A stretch of DNA of 64,000 nt from an uncultured Rhodospirillaceae bacterium. GTDB lineage: Bacteria; Pseudomonadota; Alphaproteobacteria; UBA828. The position numbers were made by a program, and so were the translations under genes. Positions within the stretch are counted from its first letter, which is position 1. Each line of letters opens with the position of its first letter. The stretch is taken from NCBI GenBank assembly GCA_963997635.1, contig CAXEND010000004.1, positions 44,654 through 108,653 on the forward strand, given 5' to 3'. Below are positions 1 to 9,456 of the stretch, piece after piece. The notes below the pieces were generated by a model that was not told where the DNA came from, did no database searches, and saw only the letters and a program-made list of their open reading frames with translations.

Positions 1-1393
1 CAAGGCTTTCCATATTAGAATAATCATCAGGATCTACTGTTAAATCATGCATTGCAGCTAGCATAAATTCGCCTTCTTGAGCAAAGCCTCTTCTGTCTTC
101 TTTTCCAAAAGAAAGAAGTGTTCTTAGGTTTTTTTTTACATCTGAGAAATTTGTTGAAACAATCACATGTGGTAAATATCCAAAAAATAAAGAAGGGCTA
201 AATGCTAAAACAGGAATCCCAAAAGAGGCTGCCTCAAAAGCACTTCTTCCTAACAGAGAAACTACAGCACGTGCATTTTTGATTATTGGCAGACCAAATT
301 CACTGGGGTCTATTAATATAACATTAGGCATAGTATCCATCATCCTGTAAAAACTCTGATCCCGATACCCAAGTGCAGGTACATGATCTTTAACAGCAAG
401 ATAAGTTCCTACAGGGAGCTCTTTTGATACTTGTTGAATAATAGAAATCTGATCAAAAAATTCTGGGGTTTGTGCTGACAAAAGAACCTCTGGTTCCATT
501 TGGAGGGCTAAAAATACATATGGCCTCTTAGATTCAATAAGAGTATCTAGTTTTACTCCATTTCTACTTAACATTTTGTATATTGATCTACGTTTAAAAT
601 TAAACTTTATATGTCTCCATGGGCTGTAACCGAATTTTGTAACTTTGTCATACCGCCTAAGATGCCAATAGATTGTTCTTATAACTATTATAATAGCTGT
701 CTTTATCAAAGAGGATAATTTTATTCCTGATTTGAAATTATTCCTTATTTGAAGGTGAAAAGGAGGGGGCTGTAGAATTTCGGATGAATGACTTCGACCT
801 TCTTTTTTTACCTGATTATGTTGCTCCTTTAACCAATTAACGTTTACTTTCATTCCATCACGCCAAATCAACCTATCATGCAAAAAAGAGTAGCCCAAAC
901 ATCTAGTAATAATATTTAAACTTTTTGCAATATCACAAACTACACGTCTACCATTAAGAGCAAATGTAATTTGATGCTGCATAAAGATTTTTTCAACACC
1001 CTCATAAATCGCTACAAATTGGCTTATCCACTCTTCATAATCTTGATTAGTTTCAACTCGTGTATAGGGAAAAGTAGTGCATCCAGTAAAATAAAGACGT
1101 CTGTCCGCTAGATTATAGTGCATGATTGTTTCGTAACGATCCTCAATTTCCTGAGCTTTAACCCATAAATTTTTGTCTTCAGTAGAGCGTAATTCCAACA
1201 TTTCAGAAACACTATATACCGCCTCAAAATTTCCTGTCTTCATTAATGGAACTACATCCTGAGCAAAGCGAACTAGACCGATTATTTTTACACCATCATT
1301 TTTCTTAATTAGTTCAAGCATCGGCATCATAAATTTTCGTTCATCACCAATAGCTTCAAAAAGAATAGAGTCTCCCATCTTTAAATTTAACAT
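1..1393 (-). CDS. Capsule polysaccharide biosynthesis protein (Capsule_synth/KpsS-LipB-like), 3' end outside window
   Basis: Not in the ORF track. Hand translation from ATG 1393 (or 1378) gives MLNLKMGDSILFEAIG...PYVFLALQMEPE...LAVKDHVPALGYR...GRSAFEAASFGIPV, matching the PF05159-type C-terminal motifs; frame appears open to the window edge. Confidence 0.75.
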   Translation of the reverse strand, partial: MLNLKMGDSILFEAIGDERKFMMPMLELIKKNDGVKIIGLVRFAQDVVPLMKTGNFEAVYSVSEMLELRSTEDKNLWVKAQEIEDRYETIMHYNLADRRLYFTGCTTFPYTRVETNQDYEEWISQFVAIYEGVEKIFMQHQITFALNGRRVVCDIAKSLNIITRCLGYSFLHDRLIWRDGMKVNVNWLKEQHNQVKKEGRSHSSEILQPPPFHLQIRNNFKSGIKLSSLIKTAIIIVIRTIYWHLRRYDKVTKFGYSPWRHIKFNFKRRSIYKMLSRNGVKLDTLIESKRPYVFLALQMEPEVLLSAQTPEFFDQISIIQQVSKELPVGTYLAVKDHVPALGYRDQSFYRMMDTMPNVILIDPSEFGLPIIKNARAVVSLLGRSAFEAASFGIPVLAFSPSLFFGYLPHVIVSTNFSDVKKNLRTLLSFGKEDRRGFAQEGEFMLAAMHDLTVDPDDYSNMESL

Positions 1394-1448
1394 TTTTTTC
1401 TCGGTCTGAATAAACTGTACGAAATTATACTGATATTAGTTAGGCTAT

Positions 1449-2600
1449 TCATTTCAATTCCCATGGGTTTGTGTAGGTATGTATATCATAAGAGAATTTT
1501 TTGAATAATAAGTTTTCATGGTCATAGTGATTGGTTAATACTTTTGCAACACGGTCACCAGAATAACCATCTCCATATATAAAATTGGCATCAAACTTGG
1601 CTGGTATCGAAGCTAATTTTTTAACTATATCTTCCGTCGTAGAAGATACATGAGAAACATTTATTCCATATTGACGTCCATCTTGGCGTCCACCAACATT
1701 GATAACTGGTAGTCCAAATATACCTGCTTCAACTATTCCACTTGATGAATTTCCGACCATTACAGATGCATGGCGCATCACGTTAGCATATAAATTGTTT
1801 CCGAGATTTTCGATAAATACTGTGTCGCGATTCTCATTTACAAATTTAATTATAAGGTCTCTAATTTTTTTTGAGCCAGGATCAGCATTAGGTGCCGTAA
1901 CTATATTAGGGGCTGGTGATTTTTTAAGTGCAGAAAATACTGCCTGAGCTGTTGCTAATGGATTTAATGAATTTGTTTCAGGATGAACCGTAATAAGACG
2001 TAGGCCCGATATAGATTTCAAACCAATTGATTTAGCAATTTCTTTGGCATCAAGTAGCTCAGCATTTATCAATGTATCTAAACCTGGTGCTCCAGTTACG
2101 TGAATACGCCAACTTTCCTCTCCCATCTTAGAAATAACAGATGCAGTAACTAGGTTTGAGGTGCAATGGAGATGCGACAACTTAGTGATTGCATGTCTAA
2201 GTCTTTCATCTATAGCACCATAGGAGAATTCTCCTCCATGCAAATGAACAAGCGGAATATTAAGACAGCTAGCCCCTAGAACTGCAGCCATCATATCAAT
2301 GCGATCACCAACTATTAGAATACGATCAGGCTTAATTCGAGAAGTTAAGGTCACCACATCAGCTGTAATAGATCCAAGTGAAGATCCTAAATCTTTATTT
2401 GTTTGACCTTGGATACTAGCACCACAAAGGTGCTTGATACTTCGCGGGGGCAATTCAATATCGTTTGAAACTAAATTATTATTATGTGCCCCCGTAAGTA
2501 TTACGTGTAACTCGTGTTCTAAGTTTTTAGAAAGAGAGTTCCAAACTGGTGTTAAAATGCCAATGTCTGATCTGCCACAAGACACACTCAAAATTCGCAT
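1449..2600 (-). CDS. neuC: Hydrolysing NDP-N-acetylhexosamine 2-epimerase (NeuC/LegG)
   Basis: GDR, HLHGGE, IDERLRHAITKLSHLH and GNSSSGIVEA motifs; adjacent to neuB. Confidence 0.92.
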   Translation of the reverse strand: MRILSVSCGRSDIGILTPVWNSLSKNLEHELHVILTGAHNNNLVSNDIELPPRSIKHLCGASIQGQTNKDLGSSLGSITADVVTLTSRIKPDRILIVGDRIDMMAAVLGASCLNIPLVHLHGGEFSYGAIDERLRHAITKLSHLHCTSNLVTASVISKMGEESWRIHVTGAPGLDTLINAELLDAKEIAKSIGLKSISGLRLITVHPETNSLNPLATAQAVFSALKKSPAPNIVTAPNADPGSKKIRDLIIKFVNENRDTVFIENLGNNLYANVMRHASVMVGNSSSGIVEAGIFGLPVINVGGRQDGRQYGINVSHVSSTTEDIVKKLASIPAKFDANFIYGDGYSGDRVAKVLTNHYDHENLLFKKFSYDIHTYTNPWELK

Positions 2601-2601
2601 A

Positions 2602-3618
2602 TTAACTTTTAACCTCTAAGTCAGATTGATATATTGGAGAATCTGCTCGCTTTTTATTTTTTAAAATTCTCCCTATTGGATTTTCATCACCTAGCATCCC
2701 ATCGCCGGGCCGTTTCAAAATAATATCTTTCTCGCTTAATCGTGTCCCCAACTCAATATCTCTTGTTGTGTGCCAACTCCTTCTAACTAAACGAGATACT
2801 TCAATTTCATCTTCTACAGGTTCTTTTACACCGTTGCCCAATGCTTCCTGAACATCACGCACTCCTGCAATCAATGATGATAGTTCGACTGGCTCCAAGG
2901 AAGCCATATGGTCTGGACCAGGTAATGAACGATCTAATGTAAAATGTTTTTCTATAGTAGTTGCACCTAACGCTGCAGCAGCTATTGAAATATGTGTTCC
3001 AATTGAGTGATCAGAAAACCCAACATTAACTTTATACTTATCCCTCATAGTTTTCATTGCCCGAAGATTTATCGTTCTAGGGGGTGCAGGGTATAATGAT
3101 GTACACTGGAGGATTGTTATGTCATCCACATTATTACTCTTTAATATTTCTATTGAATGGGATACTTCCTTCTCATTTGCCATTCCTGTTGATACAATCA
3201 TTGGCAAGTCAAAAGATGCAAATTTCACTAACAAACTTATATTAGTCAAATCCCCTGATGAAACTTTAATTCGATCCATACCAAATTCTATCAAGGTTGA
3301 TACAATCTCATAGTCAAAAGGTGTTACCAAAAAGCCTATTTTTTCTTTTTCACAAGTTGCCGCCAATTTTTCGAAATCGCCGAGAGATAATTCTAGTGAG
3401 CTAAGCATCTCTCTTTGATTTACAGAACCCGTAGCATTTTTTTGGTATGCAGTTGTCTTTGCATGATTGGATACAAGATTCTCGGCCTTAAATGCTTGAA
3501 ATTTGACATAATCGGCTCCAGAAGCTGCTGCAACTCGAACCATCTCATTCGCACGATTAAAATCACCATTGTGATTAACGCCAGCCTCAGCAATAACTAA
3601 AATTTTTTGTGAAATCAT
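2602..3618 (-). CDS. neuB: Nonulosonic acid synthase (NeuB/LegI family)
   Basis: IAEAGVNHNG, VKFQ, GFSDH, IEKHFTLDRSLPGPDH, C-terminal SAF domain (KRPGDG). Confidence 0.95.
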   Translation of the reverse strand: MISQKILVIAEAGVNHNGDFNRANEMVRVAAASGADYVKFQAFKAENLVSNHAKTTAYQKNATGSVNQREMLSSLELSLGDFEKLAATCEKEKIGFLVTPFDYEIVSTLIEFGMDRIKVSSGDLTNISLLVKFASFDLPMIVSTGMANEKEVSHSIEILKSNNVDDITILQCTSLYPAPPRTINLRAMKTMRDKYKVNVGFSDHSIGTHISIAAAALGATTIEKHFTLDRSLPGPDHMASLEPVELSSLIAGVRDVQEALGNGVKEPVEDEIEVSRLVRRSWHTTRDIELGTRLSEKDIILKRPGDGMLGDENPIGRILKNKKRADSPIYQSDLEVKS

Positions 3619-4214
3619 TTTTTATGCGGATAACGAGTTAGAGCTGGAATCAAACTATCATCATCAATTTTACTTCTAGGCAACGTCACTGATGAAGCAC
3701 CTATCATTGAACAATCACCGATTATACTTTGACCTAAAATTACTGCACCAGGTGCAACATGAACACCTTCCCCTATAGAACAATCATGTTCTACTATAGA
3801 TCCAGAGTTAATAATTGTGCCTTTTCCTACTTTGACACCAGGTTGTATTATAGCCCCAGCAAGAATAACTACACCTAACCCTATATTTGCTGTATCACTT
3901 ACAATAGCTTTGCTGTGTATAATCGGAGGAGCTGTATACCCTTTAGAGAGAAATGTTTGAAGTATATCCAGTCGTTTTTTTAACTGCTTAACCTGAACAC
4001 CACCTAGTCCAATTACGATTGGTATTTTTTTATCAAATTCTTCAGTATCTGATTCGATCTGACCACATTGAAGCCAAGGACAACGTTGGGAATCTATATA
4101 AAATTTAATCTCACCAAGTATTTTGTCAGCTGCCTCTACAACACCTCGTGCATGTCCTCCAGCACCGATCAAAACATAGCCCGCTCCACCATATATGCCT
4201 AGATTCTTACCCAC
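3615..4214 (-). CDS. NeuD/PglD-family sugar acetyltransferase (LegH role)
   Basis: GAGGHA N-terminus, hexapeptide repeats, IVEHDC. Confidence 0.88.
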   Translation of the reverse strand: MGKNLGIYGGAGYVLIGAGGHARGVVEAADKILGEIKFYIDSQRCPWLQCGQIESDTEEFDKKIPIVIGLGGVQVKQLKKRLDILQTFLSKGYTAPPIIHSKAIVSDTANIGLGVVILAGAIIQPGVKVGKGTIINSGSIVEHDCSIGEGVHVAPGAVILGQSIIGDCSMIGASSVTLPRSKIDDDSLIPALTRYPHKK

Positions 4215-5343
4215 TACTCCAATTCCATTGTGATAAATGAGAAATTACTCTGGCTTGATCATCATCTGTCAAAGATGAACTACAAGGAAAGGATACAACC
4301 TTTCCTGTTAATTTTTCTGAAACACCATTTAAGAATGATGGAGCATCTATATATGGAGGCTGTATTGATAACGACCTCCAAAAACTTCTTACTTCAATGT
4401 TTTGTGCATCTAAATATCTCATCAGGTCACATGATGCTGGTTCACTTTCACACACTACCGAATACAGCCAATTAGAGCTTTCACCCCAGTTCATAGAAGA
4501 TAATGTCTTTAAGTTTTTATGTTTATTAACTATAGGGTCATATATTTCAGCAATTTTTCTTTTTGCTGCTAACATTTCATCCATTCTTTCTAATTGTGCA
4601 AGCAATAGTCCAGCATTTATATTTGTCATTCTATAATTAAATCCAATTGATTCATATTTGTAATCCTGACCAACCCGGGCTTGACCAGATAATTTTCTTA
4701 GGTATGCAGCATCTATAGAAGAATTTGTTAAAATCATTCCTCCACCACCAGCTGTAATTGTTTTATTCCCATTAAAACTCAATACAGAAAACTCCCCGAA
4801 AGATCCTACTGGACGACCTTGGTATTTTGCACCAAAAGCCCCAGCCGCATCCTCAATTAATGGTATTTTTGCAGATTTACTGATCGAGATAAGTGGATCT
4901 AAGTTGGCAGGATGACCCAGAGGATGCACAACAATCATGGCTGATATACGACCTGGATAATTAGATATAATTTTCTCAACAATATCTGGATCAAGTGAAT
5001 AACTTTGTTTATCTATATCTGCAAAGATTGGTATGCATCCTGCATGATAAACAGCATTAGCTGTAGCAGCAAAGGTCCAATCAGGAATAATCACATAGTC
5101 ACCTGGCTTAGTTTTACAAGCCAACAAGGACAGGTGAAGTGCTGCAGAGCCATTAACTGTAGCTATTGCATTTGATCGTTCTAATTTATTTTTAATAATC
5201 TCTTCACACTCTCCTATGAAAGGACCAGCTGATGAAACCCAGTTTGTTTCAATACACTTTTTTAAATAAACTAATTCATTCCCCCTTAAGTCAGGAACAG
5301 CCAAAGGGATTCGATCTGCTCTGGCTCTGTTCTGGTGAACCAT
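4207..5343 (-). CDS. legC: LegC-family PLP aminotransferase (DegT/DnrJ/EryC1/StrS)
   Basis: WVSSAGPF, EDAA, SFNGNKTITAGGGG, GFNYRMTNINA. Confidence 0.85.
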   Translation of the reverse strand: MVHQNRARADRIPLAVPDLRGNELVYLKKCIETNWVSSAGPFIGECEEIIKNKLERSNAIATVNGSAALHLSLLACKTKPGDYVIIPDWTFAATANAVYHAGCIPIFADIDKQSYSLDPDIVEKIISNYPGRISAMIVVHPLGHPANLDPLISISKSAKIPLIEDAAGAFGAKYQGRPVGSFGEFSVLSFNGNKTITAGGGGMILTNSSIDAAYLRKLSGQARVGQDYKYESIGFNYRMTNINAGLLLAQLERMDEMLAAKRKIAEIYDPIVNKHKNLKTLSSMNWGESSNWLYSVVCESEPASCDLMRYLDAQNIEVRSFWRSLSIQPPYIDAPSFLNGVSEKLTGKVVSFPCSSSLTDDDQARVISHLSQWNWSSG

Positions 5344-6920
5344 TATACCTCTCTCATAGAAAAAATTTCTGATCTCTCATTTCTAAGAATATCAATCATA
5401 TTTTTTATTGGTTCCTGCATTTGTTCAGTGTCAACTAAATTATTTAGTTCACGAGGGTCTTTAAGCTTGTCGTAGGCCTTTTCAATATGGAGAAATTTTC
5501 CGCTTAAAATTGCCATCATTTTATGTGCTGGAGTTGTAACAGTAAAATATATATCTCGATGGCTTAGATTTGAGTCACCGTGTCCACAACTTTCAGAAAT
5601 AACAAAATCTTTTGGATTCTGAAAAATGCTAATTCCTTTGAAACTGACATGAGGTTTTACATGTAGGACGTCAAGAAAAGTTGCAGTCATCCCCATACTA
5701 TCAATCATACCAATATTTTGTGGGTTGTTAGATGCATTGCATAAAAGCATAGGAACTTCTATATCTTCATAGTGAGTACGTGTTCCAATTTGCAATTTTT
5801 TTCTTGGACTCTCCGCATAATACAAGCCATGATCTCCAGTTACTAAGATAACTGTATTATTAAGTTGTCCTGTACGTTCAAGTGTATCGATCAAACGCCC
5901 TAATAGCTCGTCCACATACATTATTGCTGTGTCATAAAGCCATCTACGTTTGGTAAGACCTCGCAGTCGAGCGTAAAGCCATTTAGGAAAAAATTTTAGT
6001 CTATACATTAAGTGTAAGGGTCGACTTATAGATCGACAGTCATGTACATCCATCATATGCATATGGATAAACCAACGCCTATCAACTCTATCCTCAATCA
6101 ATTCACATAATGGCTTAATTATATCTCCAAAAATTACCGGGAAATGTGACATTGCTAAAAATGGCCAGAATGTTTGTTTGGCAACCCACCTTCGTGTTCT
6201 CCACCTTACAGATTCCAGAGCTCGATAGAAGAATAAACGCAATCCCCTTGGTCTTTGCTGACCTAAAAACCGCCAGTATATACCAGGAGCGATTTTCCTG
6301 ATTTTTTCTATGACTTCTGACGGGTCGTTTTCAAGTAGTCTTATTTCTGCGGCACAACCTTTAGCAACTTTCTTGTTTATTCTATGTAATACTCTAGGCC
6401 ATACAGACTTATCATGATTATCAATTGAATCTCTTAAGTTACTTAGTAACAAACTTAATTCTTTTACTACTGCTGTTTCAGCTTTATCGTCGTTGGTTGA
6501 ATATTTTTTTTCAAGTTTGTATCTTAAAGTACGCCCAATACGCTGTTCCAGTAATAATCGAAAATCTGATGTAGTACGAATACTATCAAAGCCTCTACCA
6601 TACCCAGTAGTAACACCAAGTTGATTACAACTTGCAATAAGGTGTGTCTCAAACCCATCCTTTTTAAGGGATTCTACAAAACTTTGAGGCCTTTCTCTTA
6701 TGCCGTTATCATAACCCCCATAGTCGAGAGGGTATGTTAGTGAAAATAAGGACGGCATAACAAACTGAGTCGATTGAGCATTAGTCACAACTTTTCTAAC
6801 AAATCCACTCTTTACAAGTTTTGAAAGATTAGGAGCAATAATTTCTCTAGATGCTTTGTCCTCGAGGACATCAAAACGCAAAGAATCAATAAGCAGGAAA
6901 AGAGCCTTTTTATTTTTCAT
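5343..6920 (-). CDS. Alkaline-phosphatase/sulfatase-superfamily protein (no CxPxR motif; Thr at nucleophile position)
   Basis: LIDSLRFD, STQFVMPSLFSLTYP, HMMDVH, YDTAIMYVD, TGDHG, DPRELNNL. Confidence 0.75.
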   Translation of the reverse strand: MKNKKALFLLIDSLRFDVLEDKASREIIAPNLSKLVKSGFVRKVVTNAQSTQFVMPSLFSLTYPLDYGGYDNGIRERPQSFVESLKKDGFETHLIASCNQLGVTTGYGRGFDSIRTTSDFRLLLEQRIGRTLRYKLEKKYSTNDDKAETAVVKELSLLLSNLRDSIDNHDKSVWPRVLHRINKKVAKGCAAEIRLLENDPSEVIEKIRKIAPGIYWRFLGQQRPRGLRLFFYRALESVRWRTRRWVAKQTFWPFLAMSHFPVIFGDIIKPLCELIEDRVDRRWFIHMHMMDVHDCRSISRPLHLMYRLKFFPKWLYARLRGLTKRRWLYDTAIMYVDELLGRLIDTLERTGQLNNTVILVTGDHGLYYAESPRKKLQIGTRTHYEDIEVPMLLCNASNNPQNIGMIDSMGMTATFLDVLHVKPHVSFKGISIFQNPKDFVISESCGHGDSNLSHRDIYFTVTTPAHKMMAILSGKFLHIEKAYDKLKDPRELNNLVDTEQMQEPIKNMIDILRNERSEIFSMREV

Positions 6921-6942
6921 AAATAATTAAACCTGATAAAAT

Positions 6943-8376
6943 TTAACTTTTATTTTTGTCCCAATTAAGACTAGCTCTTAGATGGGAAATCGAATTTATT
7001 TGCACTGCATTCATTCGATTTCCTGTATGAGGATAAGTGACACCAGTCGCCAAAACAAGATCTTGATCAACTAAGAGATCACGTCGCCACAGCATTTCAA
7101 GAGTTGTTCCAAAGTGGTTTATATTTTCTTTAGGAAAAGGGGTATTACTATACACACCCTGAGTCCCCGGAAATAAATTAAAACTCCTAGCAGCACTTGC
7201 ATCATCGCTTACTGCAATTATTGGTTGTGTAGGCATATGAACCGCAATCATCCGGGCAGCAAAACCTGAACGAGTTATCGCTACAATTTTTGTAATTGGA
7301 AGAGCACGGCACAAAGTTTTAATTGCCTCGCCCATCACTTCAGGAATTGTGTCTCCAACATTTGGAGCTTCTAAGTCTAGTTTTTTTTGAACAAATTCTT
7401 CTGAGGAATGAGCTACGCTATTCATTAAACATATAGCTTCTTGAGGATAGTCTCCTACTGCCGTCTCTCCAGAAAGCATTGTTGCAGCACAACCGTCTAT
7501 AACAGCATTCGTTATATCGCTAACTTCAGCTTTTGTTGGGAAAGGATTTTCAATCATCGTATGCAACATCTCAGTTGCAATAATAACCGGCCTACCAAAT
7601 TTAGATGCAGCATTAATTATCTGTTTTTGGAACAAAGCCACATCAAACAAACTAGTTTCCACTGAGAGATCACCACGGTCTACCATAATTGCATCCGCTT
7701 CCCTCGCAATTTCATTTACTTTGTCAAGGCCTCCTTGATTTTCAACTTTTGCAACAATTCTTGGTGAGCTAGAACCTATTAGATTTTTAAATGCGGTAAT
7801 ATGTGCTGCAGACTCAACAAAACTTAAACCAATAAAATCAACATTAATGTTACAGGCAAACTCCACCATTAACTCATCTTTCGGTGTAACTTCTGGAATG
7901 TTGAGAGGTACGAAAGGAACATTAATTCCCTTTGCACTTTTAAGTTTGCCCTCGGTATTTGCTTCACAATAAATATCTCGTCCTTCAACTTTATTTACAG
8001 TGAAACGTAATGTTCCATCATCTGCTAAAATTATATGATTTGGCTTCAAAAACTCATGTAACGATTCGTAATTGACAGGGACTTTGCTTTTACCTTTGTA
8101 TGTTATATCTGTAGTTAATATAATTTGTTCACCAATTTTAAATTCAGGTTCATGTTGGAGCTGAGTAGTACGAATTTTTCTACCCGGTATATCTAGCAAG
8201 ATAGGTAATTCAGGGAGAGTATCTCTAATTATTTTTACGGCGTTGGAATGCCAATCTAAATTATTATGAGATCCGTTTAGACGAGCTACGGTCATTCCTT
8301 TTTTCCACATGGAAAGCAGTTTTGAATCATCAAGAGACCGTGGACCTATAGTACAAACTATTCCTGTTCTAGACAT
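6943..8376 (-). CDS. pyk: Pyruvate kinase-family protein with divergent active-site motifs
   Basis: IVCTIGP, ARLNGSH, AKVEN, MVDRGDLSVE, ATEML, MLSGETA; full-length A/B/C domains. Confidence 0.85.
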   Translation of the reverse strand: MSRTGIVCTIGPRSLDDSKLLSMWKKGMTVARLNGSHNNLDWHSNAVKIIRDTLPELPILLDIPGRKIRTTQLQHEPEFKIGEQIILTTDITYKGKSKVPVNYESLHEFLKPNHIILADDGTLRFTVNKVEGRDIYCEANTEGKLKSAKGINVPFVPLNIPEVTPKDELMVEFACNINVDFIGLSFVESAAHITAFKNLIGSSSPRIVAKVENQGGLDKVNEIAREADAIMVDRGDLSVETSLFDVALFQKQIINAASKFGRPVIIATEMLHTMIENPFPTKAEVSDITNAVIDGCAATMLSGETAVGDYPQEAICLMNSVAHSSEEFVQKKLDLEAPNVGDTIPEVMGEAIKTLCRALPITKIVAITRSGFAARMIAVHMPTQPIIAVSDDASAARSFNLFPGTQGVYSNTPFPKENINHFGTTLEMLWRRDLLVDQDLVLATGVTYPHTGNRMNAVQINSISHLRASLNWDKNKS

Positions 8377-8379
8377 TAT

Positions 8380-9456
8380 TTACTCATCCATAAAAAGCTT
8401 TATGTTATTCAGGGACTCTATGACCTCATGCCTCATTAATTTTGGGTTAGGAAAACTACCATCTCCTAGAATTTGTCGCATGTCTGAGCCATTGATTAGT
8501 TTAACTGCATCTGTGCCAGAATGGGGACATGTTTTTTCTGTCACCAAGGAATCACAAATTTCACAAAAATAAGGTCCACTTAAGCACAATATTGTTATTC
8601 CGAGTTTTCCCTCAAATTTATTTGCAAGCCTATGAGCATCATATTCTCCATACCAACCACCTACACCTGCATGATCACGTCCAACAATAAAGTGTGTACA
8701 TCCATAATTTCGACGGATTATGGCATGAAATATCGCTTCTCTTGGACCTGCAAATCTCATGAAAGTTGATAGTGTTCCCAATATCACTCTATCTTTAGGG
8801 AAAAAACCATTAATGAGGGTCTCATATCCTGTTAATATTGCCTCTGGGGTAAAATCACCAGATCTGCGTTGGCCAATTAATGGTTGAATAAAGAGGCCGT
8901 CTGCAAATTCTAGTGCAATTTTTTGTAAATATTCATGTGCTCGATGAGGTACATTTCGTGTTTGAAAACCTACCATGCGCCTCCATTTATTTTCTCTAAA
9001 GATGTTTTTTGTATCAGCTGGCGTAAGTTTATCGTGCCAAATACCAGTATCTATACGCTTTAATAATTTTACCAATCCACCTACAAAAACTGGTTTTAAT
9101 GAGATAAAATGTTTTACACCTGGATGATTTGGATCATCCGTGCCGAATATAGCTTTAGCCACAAGACTACGATCACAGTTATAAAAGTCGTTTGGTATTA
9201 GATGTGCTACAACAGAGCCCATATACAGAAGTTCAACCGTAGAACCTATATCAATCTCATTTGCAAGTTTTTCATCAACATCTAATACAATAGGAAGAGT
9301 AAAAATATCTCCTGAAGGAAGACAAAATTCATTTACTACTGATTTAAACTCGGTTTCATTCATAAATCCCATAATAGGAAAAAATGCCCCTAAACCTATT
9401 TTTTCAACCTCTAAATATTGAGTGAGGTTTAAGTTTATTTGACTATTGTTAGCCAC
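8380..9456 (-). CDS. sat: Sulfate adenylyltransferase (Sat type)
   Basis: FQTRNVPHRAHE, MRFAGPREAIFHAIIRRNYGCTHFIVGRDHAG. Confidence 0.9.
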   Translation of the reverse strand: MANNSQINLNLTQYLEVEKIGLGAFFPIMGFMNETEFKSVVNEFCLPSGDIFTLPIVLDVDEKLANEIDIGSTVELLYMGSVVAHLIPNDFYNCDRSLVAKAIFGTDDPNHPGVKHFISLKPVFVGGLVKLLKRIDTGIWHDKLTPADTKNIFRENKWRRMVGFQTRNVPHRAHEYLQKIALEFADGLFIQPLIGQRRSGDFTPEAILTGYETLINGFFPKDRVILGTLSTFMRFAGPREAIFHAIIRRNYGCTHFIVGRDHAGVGGWYGEYDAHRLANKFEGKLGITILCLSGPYFCEICDSLVTEKTCPHSGTDAVKLINGSDMRQILGDGSFPNPKLMRHEVIESLNNIKLFMDE

